The translations under genes were made by a program, and so were the position numbers. From the NCBI GenBank assembly GCA_965285935.1, contig OZ260665.1, forward strand, positions 83,266,001-83,330,000: DNA of 64,000 nt, read 5' to 3'. This document shows, one piece after another, positions 49,501-61,500 of this stretch. Origin of the DNA: Ophelia neglecta (lineage: Eukaryota). The notes under the pieces were generated by a model that saw nothing but the letters and a program-made list of their open reading frames with translations, had not been told where the DNA came from and did not search any database. How positions within the stretch are numbered: the stretch's first letter is position 1; each line of letters begins with the position of its first letter.

Positions 49501-52500
49501 GACAAACTATTTTAATGTTTGCCCCACTCAACTTTTAAATTTTACGAGAAATACACTCTTAAATAATGCATAACTAAAAATGAAAAGATGTCTAGATCGC
49601 AAGAAAAAGGGAATGAATACTGGACTCACAAAGCTAAATCATTAATCAAGGAAAGTTCATTCAATCGGTCCGAAACAACACGAACCACAGCTGGTGATGT
49701 CAGCACAGTTCTGTAATACCTGATTGTAAATTATTGAAATGAGGTTTTTACCTTGGAAAATAACAAGCGTGTAGTGGCTACTATTTATGCATTTCCAATA
49801 TAATATTCTGTGGTCAAGTACATTTGCCCTTCTTGATACACTATAATGGAATTTGTGTCTGGTTTTTGCTTTTACAGCAATAACACCTTTTTTTGCACCT
49901 GCCAGGCCCCAAACAAGAGTTTAAATGAGGTACAAGGCAAAAAAAGATTCACTTGCTTGCTCTAATGCCTGTCTCCAGATGGGTTGTGTTAAAACTTGGC
50001 ACTCGTGGGGGAGCTCAAGTTGTTACGGTTACAATATTTGTATGTGATTTCTTTGACTATTATCGTATGGCAATTAGTGAAAACACGATTCAAAGTACAG
50101 AGGTAGTCAGGTAAGGAACTCTCTGAGATAAGCGCCCCTGGGAGATAAGCGCCCCCTAATTAATGATAAGCGCCAATTATTTCACATTTTGCCCTATAAA
50201 GGGAGTTGGTGGGGGGGGGGGTCAAATACAGGCTGGTGACTTGATTTTTGTGACAGAGTCTATTAACTAACTGTTTATTAAGTACGGTGTGTTCCTGCGG
50301 GAATGTTTAGCGAGATGTGTGGATGCCCGGGAAACAAAACAAAATAATTAATAAAAAATAAATCCGAAACCAGCAGGAACAACCAGCCACAGGCCCACAA
50401 ATATCAATCTCCAGCAGGAACACCCGGTTGCAGGCCCACAAACATCAATCTCCAGCAGGAACAACCAGCTGCAGGCCCACAGACATCAATCCTCAGCTCA
50501 GGAACAACCAGCTGCAGGCCCACAAACATCAATCTCCAGCAGGTACAACCAGCCACAGGCCCACAAACATCAATCTCCAGCAGGAACAACCAGCTGCAGG
50601 CCCACAAACATCAATCTCCAGCAGGAACAACCAGCCACAGGCCCACAAACAAACATCAATCTCCAGCTCAGGAAGGAACCACCAGCTGCAGGCCCACAAA
50701 CATCAATCTCCAGCAGGAACCACCAGCTGCAGGCCCACAAACATCAATCCACAGCTCAGTAACAACCAGCTGCAGGCCCACAAACATCAAACTCCAGCTA
50801 CCAACAGTAAATAAACTTGTAATGAAAAAAAAAAGAAAAATATTCTTTTTACTTGCAGTGAGAAGTCAACAGTTAACCATGAGGCGAAATAAACAAAACG
50901 CGTCAGTTGTCGAAGTAGGACTTGTATGAAATATGCTCTAGAAGAGTCTGTGGCCGACTGAGCTCTATTATTATTTATATATAAGACACTACATGTGTAC
51001 TAAATGTCTGTGGGCTAGTGTCGAAATGGAGTCAGGCATCCCTCGAGAGGCCTCCAATGACTCAACGGAGTCAGGCATCCCCAAGAGGACTCTAGTGGCA
51101 AAAGGGAGTCAGCAGTCTTCCAAGAAAACTCCAGTGTATCAACGGAGTCAAGCATCCCCCACGAGGCCTCTGGTGTCTCAATGAAACAGGCATCCTCTAA
51201 GAGGCCCCTAGTGTCTCAACGAAGTCAGGCATCCCCCACGAGACCCCTAGTGTCTCAACGAAGTCAGGCATCCCCCACGAGACCCCTAGTGTCTCAACGG
51301 AGTCAGGCATCCCCAAAGAGGCCTCCAGTGTCTCAACGGAGTCAGGCATCCCCAAAGAGGCCTCCAGTGTCTCAACGGAGTCAGGCATCCCCAAAGAGGC
51401 CTCCAGTGTCTCAACGGAGTCTGGCATTCCCCAGGAGGCCTCTGGTGTATCAAAAAGTCAGGCATCCCCCAAAGGGGCTCTCGTGGCACAAGGGAGTCCG
51501 GCAATCCCCAAGAGGCCTCTAGTGGCACAGTGTGGTCTGGCATCCGTCAAGAGCTCCCTTGTGGCAAATGGGAGGCAGGCTTCCATCACGAGCTCTCTTG
51601 TGGCACAGTGTGGTCTGGCAGCCGTCATGAGGGTTCAAGTGGCACAAGGGAGTCATCCATCCTCCAATAGGCCTCTTTTGGCTAAAGGGAGTCACAATGA
51701 GGCACCTTTTTGCACAGTGTAGTCATGAATTACCCTGAAACCATCATTAAAGAGGCCTTTAGTGGTTTTGGTAAGCGATTTTTTAACAGTGTGGCCAGTC
51801 TCAATGTCATTTACCCCCTTTATCAATAACTTATTGGCACATCCATGGCCCTCTCCCTTAAAGAAAAGTCGTCCTGTCCCTCCCTCCCCGAACACACACA
51901 CAAGGACTCTTGCTCCAACTTCCTACAATCCCACCCCCAAGGCCAAATTCCCCCAAGTCATCTGCCCCCCCCCCCCCCCCCTCCTACGAGATCGTCATCC
52001 CTGTTTGCCACCACATATCACAGAGACTATACTGTGATTACCGTACGTTGAACCCAACGCTCCCAGCAAGTCTCGATGAAGCGTTTATGACAGGCGGTGC
52101 ACTCTTCTGACCCCTAAAAAGTAGAGTGATGAGAACATTTTCATTTAGAAGAAAAATTTCGACCAGTCATCTTCTCAATGGGTGCACCAGTGGTGAACAT
52201 GGCCAGACGGGGATATTGCATACTGTTCACCAACAGCCACTTTCCCCCCTTGCAACCTGAATGCACTTAAACAAACAGTCGAGGGGTAAGAAGTGAGTAG
52301 GGTTTCTCCCAGATGTGCATCGGGATTTAACATGGGACATCTATTTTACTAGCCTTATTTTCTACCTGTTTAAGTGACTGGAACTAAATATTCAGGGAGG
52401 ATTACTTTATGAAATAGCTTTTCAATGTATATTTTCATTTCGGTCCGGTGCATGCCAATGCTGCAAAATCACTATTATAGTCCTACTAATGCTGTGGCCT

Positions 52501-55500
52501 GGTGACGCCCCCTGCTGGATTAGAAGCTGACAGGTCCTTTTGGGAATGAGAGCCAGGGGCGTCGGGACCCTTTTTGCCTTATTTTTTTCAGCATCACCTT
52601 CCCCAGAGTCTTTCCAAAAGGCAACATTTCTGAGATGCGTTCCCTTTGTGGGGGAATTCGCCCCGCCATGAGTCCCCCCCCCCCCATTTTAGTACTTCGT
52701 TTGAAGCCTGTTGGTAGGAAGGTACATTGGAGCATCGCCTACCTCATTCAACGCAGGTGTGGCGTTGAACACTAGACGTGCGAGCCACATTAGTACTCGT
52801 TAGCAGAGCTATGTATCTACCGGCGGCGGGAGAGATGCTAGGGCTGAGCGATGTATCTACCGGCGGCGGGAGAGATGCTAGGGCTGAGCGATGTATCTAC
52901 CGGCGGCGGGAGAGATGCTAGGGCTGGGCGATGTATCTACCGGCGGCGGGAGATATGCTAGGGCTGGGCGATGTATCTACCGGCGGCGGGAGAGATGCTA
53001 GGGCTGGGCGATGTATCTACCGGCGGCGGGAGAGATGCTAGGGCTGGGCGATGTATCTACCGGCGGCGGGAGAGATGCTAGGGCTGAGCTATGTATCTAC
53101 CGGCGGCGGGAGAGATGTTAGGGCTGAGCTATGTATCTACCGGCGGCGGGAGAGATGCTAGGGCTGGGCGATGTATCTACCGGCGGCGGGAGAGATGCTA
53201 GGGCTGGGCGATGTATCTACCGGCGGCGGGAGAGATGCTAAGGCTGGGCGATGTATCTACCGGCGGCGGGAGAGATGCTAGGGCTGGGCGATGTATCTAC
53301 CGGCGGCGGGAGAGATGCTAGGGCTGAGCTATGTATCTACCGGCGGCGGGAGAGATGTTAGGGCTGAGCTATGTATCTACCGGCGGCGGGAGAGATGCTT
53401 GGGCTGAGCTGTGTATCTACCGGCGGCGGGAGAGATGCTAGGGCTGAGCTATGTATCTACCGGCGGCGGGAGAGATGCTAGAGCTGGGCGATGTATCTAC
53501 CGGCAGCGGGAGAGATGCTTGGGCTGGGCGATGTATCTACCGGCGGCGGGAGAGATGCTAGGGCTGGGCGATGTATCTACCGGCAGCGGGAGAGATGCTT
53601 GGGCTGGGCGATGTATCTACCGGCGGCGGGAGAGATGCTAGGGCTGGGCGATGTATCTACCGGCAGCGGGAGAGATGCTTGGGCTGGGCGATGTATCTAC
53701 CGGCGGCGGGAGAGATGGTATGGCTGAGCGATGGACGGCCACGTCTACAGACCAGCTGCTGTTTATATCAGGTTCCAGCCAGATGAAAGAATATTAAAAC
53801 TCACTTCCTTCTTGATTTAAAATCGTCTTGCTGGGCTGTATTAAAGGGACTCTACAGCAGAATCCTCATAACCATGACCCCCCTTTCCCAGAGTTATCAG
53901 TACAATGTACACACGCTGTCACTCTACAATTTCTTACTTGCAGCAAGCTAGTTTATGAATAGGGTAGGGCTGCTACTCAGGGTAAACGTGCCAGACTTCG
54001 GTGGAAACAAGGGTCTAACCAGATTTAACACCTAGTAATGGATACTGTCAAAACGATGGCAGGTCGGGGTGACCTCCCAGCACCGAACATACACGGACGC
54101 AACATATAAAAACATGGCACACGCACATGTTCTGAGGCAGCGCATTGACTTGGCGCAATCAAAGCAACAAAGAACTCTTTTGATAAAACAAATATTCGTC
54201 AGAAAGCTACCCTTTAGATGTCAGCCTTATTTAATGTGAACCACAGACTTGTATATTTACTGGTATTTAGTTTTTACAACCTCTCCTTATGATCTTTATT
54301 ATCCATCAAGAGGAAAATAAGACCCTTTTGATAAGCCTAATAGTGTGATGACCCATTTGATTGCATCATTATGAAACAAAATACGCAATTTGATAGGGAA
54401 AAAGTGATGAAACAGATACCTTTTATCACAGAGCATACCTATCATGACCATAAAGTGATGGAAATGATACTGTTAATCTAAGGGATGATAATAGTTAGTA
54501 GTATGTAAACACGACATACTACTCTCGACACTTATGTCGGAATGCTGTTTTTAACAGTACTTAATTAAGTAATTTATCTGCTGAATAACTTAGACGCCCA
54601 AATTACCAAGCAGACGGCACAAGTATGCCCTCAGTGACCGTGTTCTCCCCGCTGAGTGCACTTCTCTCATCGACATACTATGTGGAAACACATTTGTCGG
54701 TGTTCATGTCCTGGTGCACTGAGATCCCCGACTTGTGGCAGACTTTGGGCTTCCATAATGGCTACACTAGCTTGGAATCATTTTTCTTCCCTTTAGAAAC
54801 AGGAAATGCCCCCATATTGCTATGTTTCATCAAAAGAATGACGTTATCATATTTTTACTGGTAAAGATCTGAGATTAAACAACGATGTCTGGGTTTTTAT
54901 ATGATGTGGTTTTAACTGTTTTGGATATTTTGGCCCTGGTGTGCGAAATATTACTTCTTACTGCGCGGAAATAAATGATGTATAAATTACCCGACATGTG
55001 TCTATAGTGTGAATACCTGCTTGAATTCCCTGCCGACGGCAAGCAAACGAATAAACCCCTCCTGTAGGGTTCATCCCCGACACACTAACTCTCGTAAAAC
55101 TGTCTGCAACCCGCGAGACGACACGAGATATGAATGGGAAGTGGCAGCTGGCCCAACGGCAGGCTCTGAGAATTGTGCTGAGACAAACGCCCAAAGTCAA
55201 AGACATTCATAACATCCACAACAACAACAACACAGAGAGAAAAAACGAGAGTATGTAGAAACATAGGGACTACTCTCGAAATAACTCTATTTATAGACAG
55301 TGTGTCAACAAAAACAAGTTCCTTCTGCCATTCTTTTTATTTTTATTTACCTAGCACATGTGTACCATGATTTAATTCACCTCGTCAGAATATGACAGCT
55401 ACATGTAAAGAATGTTGATGCACTGGATGGGAGCAATTTTCTCGAAGAAAAAGCATGGCAATACCACGCATTAAAAACAGTGCCTCATTTATTTGCGAAT

Positions 55501-58500
55501 AATTAGGAAAGCATTCTGCATAATACGAAAGTATTTCTGTATCGTACCCTGTAGTTTATTGTGTTTAATTTAAAAGTCCATTCGGATTTTTAATATGAAC
55601 ATCCTTTCAGAGGCAAGATGTGTGATTTGATCGAGAAAAAAACCCTGTACATGTCGGAAACAGGCTTCACTTCCCCAGCTGAAGATTATGATACCTGAGA
55701 TTATTTAATTCAGATTCAGATTCTGATTTACTTAATTTGAAAAACAGAATTTAGCAATAAGCATGAATTATAAATTAGATAAAAAACATTGATGAAACCA
55801 TATAAAGGTCAGGGAGAGCACACTAAGATCCTGGAAGGATCGCTATCGTGAAGAATAATAATACATTAATCTAAGCAAATAACTGGATATGAGTGTAAGA
55901 TGGTATTCTTATTATAGGAGAGAGGAATAATTTAATATTAAATTGATAAAAAAAAACATTAAATAAATAAATTGTTTGAAAGATAATCAACTGTTGCAAA
56001 TTGACATTGTCTCTTACTTTCACTTAACTGTCTATTTGTTCATTACAATATCTGGTATAATGGTAACGAAAAAGAGAAAAGAACTTGCAAATGTTGGAAC
56101 CAGGCCGGCAGCTGGGGCGAGCATGTATAATGCCAAACCTATGTCCAATTATAACAATTTTCTTCAGTCAATGACCGAGAAGAGGCAATATCAGATGATG
56201 AGACCAAAGCTTTCATCACCTATCACATGCCCTTAAGGCGCCTGCAGAACTTTGCCTGTTATTTTGATTGATGAGGTGACGCGGTTTTCTTTGGTGCCTG
56301 GTTTAGGGGCGGACTTGCGGGGTTGGGATTAGAGAGTCAGAGGAGGAGGGGTGTGTGGGGTCGAGGAAGGCGGTGCCATGAGTGGTGAGGGAGTGTCTGA
56401 GGTGGTATGGGAAGCAAAAGGAGGGGCGGAGGCTTTGGGGGCGGGGATAGTAGGTGGTCGTGGTTAGGGAAGGGTAGCGTGTGGTTTCAGGGCTGGAAAG
56501 AGAGGCGGGTAATGGTTGAACTGGCGGCGGTGAGGGAAGACAGTGAAGTAGTTGCTGTTGGAGCGCGGGAAGGGATGGGCGAAGGTGTCCCTCCTTACCA
56601 CTCCTGTCCTACAGAGTTGTGATTGTTCCAGGTCGAATAAGATCCGGGAGCGTCACTATCAACCCCCTCCTCAGTCAGGTAGTCGCTATTGGCCTGCTTG
56701 AGGGAGATCCCGGAGAGTACATTTTCACCCCCTCTCAAGTCAGGCCCTCGCTATGGACCGCAGTGAGGAGGACTTTTGAGACTAGTTTTTTCACACAATG
56801 GAAAATTCTGCCACACACTGGCCACCGTTCCCTCACAACATACAGCTATCTCTTGGTGCGACTGGGAGACACCGGTGTTCTTCGGGGATATGGTAAGGGT
56901 TGGTAAATGAAGTCCGGTGGGGGGGGGGGGGTTCCAGGCAGTAAGGGGACACCACAGATAATATACTGACCCCCGGATTTGGATCGAGGGAGTCGTCGTG
57001 TCTTGTGATACTGCCTTCTGCTCATAAACATTTCATGAATCGAGTGAGCCTGTGACTTTGTATACCGACTTCGCCGCCTGAGGGTGGCCAGAGAGCACAC
57101 AAGGGCAAAGATACAACCCTATGTCTTGGCGTACCGGGTTTGGAGAGTTGTCCCTGTGTCTTGGTGTACAGACTGGGCCGTCAGATAGGACACAATGGCA
57201 GAGAGATGTCCCTGTGTCTTGGTGTACCGACTGGGCCGTCAGAGAGGACACAAGGGCAGAGAGACTTCCCTGTGTCTTGGTGTACTGACTGGGCCGCCAG
57301 AGGGGACACAAGGGGAGAGAGATGTCCCTGTGTCTGGGTGTACCGACTGGGCCGTCAGAGGGGACACAAGGGCAGAGAGATGTCCCTGTGTCTTGGTGTA
57401 CCGGCTGGGCCGTCAGAGAGGACACAAAGGCAGAGAGATGTCCCTGTGTGTTGGTGTACCGACTGGAACGTCAGAGAGGACACAAGGGGAGAGAAATGTC
57501 CCTGTGTCTTGGTTTACCGACTAGGTCGTCAGAGAGGACACAAGACGAGATGTCCCTGTGTCTTGGTGTACCGACTAGGTCGTCAGAGAGGACACAAGAG
57601 CAGAGAGATGTCCCTGTGTCTTGGTGTACCGACTAGGCCGTCAGATAGGACACAATGGCAGAGAGATGTCCCTGTGTCTTGGTGTACCGACTGGGCCGTC
57701 AGAGAGGACACAAGGGCAGAGAGATTTCCCTGTGTCTTGGTGTACCGACTGGGCCGTCAGAGGGGACACAAGGGAAGAGATGTCCATGTGTCTTGGTGTA
57801 CCGACTGGGCCGTCAGAGGGGACACAAGACGAGATGTTCCTGTGTCTTGGTGTACCGACTGGGCCGTCAGAGAGGACACAAGAGCAGAGAGATGTCCCTG
57901 TGTCTGGGTGTACCGACTGGGCTGTCAGAGGGGACACAAGGGCAGAGAGATGTCCCTGTGTCTTGGTGTACCGACTGGGCCGTCAGAGGGGACACAAGGG
58001 CAGAGATGTCCCTGTGTCTTGGTGTACCGACTGGGCCGTCAGAGGGGACACAAGGGGAGAGATGTCCATGTGTCTTGGTGTACCGACTGGGCCGTCAGAG
58101 GGGACACAAGACGAGATGTTCCTTTGTCTTGGTGTACCGACTGGGCCGTCAGAGAGGACACAAGAGCAGAGAGATGTCCCTGTGTCTGGGTGTACCGACT
58201 GGGCTGTCAGAGGGGACACAAGGGCAGAGAGATGTCCCTGTGTCTTGGAGTACCGACTGGGCTGTCAGAGAGGACACAATGGCAGAGAGATGTCCCTGTG
58301 TCTGGGTGTACCGACTGGTCCGTCAAAGGGGACACAAGGGCAGAGAGATGTCCCTGTGTCTTGGTGTACCGACTGGGCCGTCAGAGGGGACACAAAGGCA
58401 GAGAGATGTCCCTGTGTCTTGGTGTACCGACTGGGCCGTCAGAGAGGACACAAGAGCAGAGAGATGTCCCTGTGTCTGGGTGTACCGACTGGGCTGTCAG

Positions 58501-61500
58501 AGGGGACACAAGGGCAGAGAGATGTCCCTGTGTCTTGGTGTACCGACTGGGCCGTCAGAGGGGACACAAGGGCAGAGATGTCCCTGTGTCTTGGTGTACC
58601 GACTGGGCCGTCAGAGGGGACACAAGGGGAGAGATGTCCATGTGTCTTGGTGTACCGACTGGGCCGTCAGAGGGGACACAAGACGAGATGTTCCTGTGTC
58701 TTGGTGTACCGACTGGGCCGTCAGAGAGGACACAAGAGCAGAGAGATGTCCCTGTGTCTGGGTGTACCGACTGGGCTGTCAGAGGGGACACAAGGGCAGA
58801 GAGATGTCCCTGTGTCTTGGAGTACCGACTGGGCTGTCAGAGAGGACACAATGGCAGAGAGATGTCCCTGTGTCTGGGTGTACCGACTGGTCCGTCAAAG
58901 GGGACACAAGGGCAGAGAGATGTCCCTGTGTCTTGGTGTACCGACTGGGCCGTCAGAGGGGACACAAAGGCAGAGAGATGTCCCTGTGTCTTGGTGTACC
59001 GACTGGGCCGTCAGAGAGGACACAAGGGCAGAGAGATTTCCCTGTGTCTTGGTGTACTGACTGGGCCGCCAGAGGGGACACAAGGGGAGAGAGATTTCCC
59101 TGTGTCTTGGTGTACTGACTTGGCCGCCAGAGGGGACACAAGGGGAGAGAGATGTCCCTGTGTCTGGGTGCACAGACTGGGCCGTCAGAGAGGACACTAG
59201 AGGAGAGAGATATATCTGTGTCTTGAAGTACAGGTTTGGCCATCAGAGAGGACACAAAGCAGAGAGTTATGCCTTTATGTCTTAAAGTACCGCCGTTGCT
59301 CCAGAGGGTTGCTAAAGACAACACATGAGCAGAGATTGACTCAAGCCCTGATTCGGGTGGAGACCGAAGTGGCTCTAGAAGGTTGCCAGGGTAACACACG
59401 ATCGGAGATCGACTCCACCCCGGGTCGGGTGGAGTCTTCAAGTTCTTTGATATACGGGCCTTTCAAGAGAACAACCAGATCAGAAGTGGCATCGTCAAAA
59501 AGTTCAAAGAGGCGGCGGTTGTTGTGTCTGCTATAAGGTGACAGCTCCATCTCGATGTTTTCATTATGTCACTGAACTCTAGTCACTGTTATTCTAATTT
59601 ACGATCAGATGATATGTGGTGTTCACGTTTTTATATAAGTGGGTGTACAGGGGTCCGCTGAAATAGGAGAACCTCCTTGTCTCTGCTGGGTAACATTTAC
59701 TAACCTCGGCATTGTCGGGCGTTAAGAGAAAACCTCGATTTTTAACCATTTTAAAAGCCCATCCTCGCACCTCGGAATGAAAAATGGCCTCCCTGCAGTC
59801 TAGGTAGCCTTTTAACCCTTGTACACCCAAATACAAGGCGGGCATGACGTCTTGCTTGCTGTACACCATGCACTTTTGGCGAATTGGACATTTAAGCGAC
59901 TTTCTGGTAGTCTCAACAGTATGCGAGTTTTGCCCATGGTAGCCCTAGTTTTCATTGCAACGTCTCTCTATACTGACTCAGAATATCATGTCGGAAATGT
60001 ATGGATAATATGATTCGCGAAATCTGGCTCAGTTTGCGGTGATTCCTTGTTTAACCCTTTCAACTCTGAATATCTGTAACTAATGGGGTATCTGCCATCT
60101 GTAGAGGGATGTAGTGTTGATAGAGTTCATTAGTAATCAAAGTATCTTAGTTTGCATAACATTGTGCCTACAAGAATTCTAAGGCGGATCAACATAATAC
60201 AAACAGGGACGCAGGCGGAGGGGGTACTAGTGAGAGGCTGGCAATGGGCGTCCCCTCCGCCCGGGCATTTCACCGCCCCCAGAGCCCTTTCCAGAGGTAT
60301 TGCCAGCGGGGATAATTCCCAGACTCTCCTCTCCTAGGAAGCCACTTTTGACCCACTTGCAGGGAGGCCCTGCTACCCCCCCCCCCAACCCCACCACACA
60401 CTCCTAACGCGCACGCACATACACCGGCTCCTTCTGACACCAGCCATCAGTTCAAACTGTCTTGGATGTCGCGGTTTAATCGGTGAAATTCACCTCGTTT
60501 CATCCAAGTGTTTTATCCAATTAGGTGAAGAATGTGGCGCGTGTTTCTTCTCTTTGATATTATCTATCTTGCCGCGTCCCAATCGTCCTTGAAGCCTTTC
60601 AGCGTCTCTTTGATGGAGGGGACGTGGCACGTGACCCCCAGACAAGGTCACGTGACCTCCGTCGAGGTTAACAGAAATGGCGGGGAATGCGGCTGCGAGG
60701 AAAATTGATAGGCGATTACTGACCCGGATATAAAAAGTAGTCTGTTAGTTAAATGGTTGTGAAATACCGGATGTCAGCTGTGGGTGGCTGAGTGTTAGGA
60801 AAATGGTGTAGAATGATCGGCAGTCTGTTCCGGAAAAGAGCCCTCGCGGGGGGGGGGGGGGGGTTAGTAGGGAAGGGGGGAGCTAGGAACGGATACGTCT
60901 GTGAGAAATAGTGATATTATGACAGAAAAAAAGAATAGCTACAAGAAAACTCTACTGACTGGTCGTGTTCGCTTGTGCAGTCCACTCCCCCCCCCCCCCT
61001 TCCTCCGCGCCACCTCTTTCAATGTCTACCAACAACTTTGTAAATTTTAGTGATTAAGGCAGCATATGAGTGATTAGTGATGTTCTGACCACAATTTCGC
61101 AATGAACAGACCCCAAGCAACCATACCCACATATAATCCTAATCTGATAGCATTAAATTTTTTTTTGCCTGCAGTATCCACGAGTGCCCTCAGCGTTCCT
61201 TGCGGCCGTATCCAAATGAACCCCACTAACGCCATCTGTTGTCAGGACCTGGTATTCGTGAGGTCAGGGTTCAGAGCGGCGTGCTGTGGCCGAATTGGAT
61301 ACGACAGTCAACGCTTTCTCTGCTGTGGCAACACCATTGTCAGAAAAACTGGAACCCACCAGCTCTGCTGTGGCAACAGGGGATTTGATGTTACTCAACA
61401 GGTAAGGGGATTTGTCATAACTCAGCAGTAAGGGGATCGGGTGTAACCTATCAGTTAAGGGGATTGGATGGAACTCATCAGGTAAAGGGATTTTATGTTA

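Noticed and set aside
51181-51522. SQRSQASPKRPPV repeat ORF (protamine/histone-tail-like)
   Set aside because: Expected from a 39-bp unit; no splice sites or flanking domain found to support it.
52806-53786. 40-bp repeats and their ORFs
   Set aside because: Contiguous minisatellite; no spacers, not a CRISPR array or a gene.
57140-59200. Long ORFs (686, 479, 487 aa)
   Set aside because: They are translations of a stop-poor minisatellite in all three frames; no independent coding evidence.
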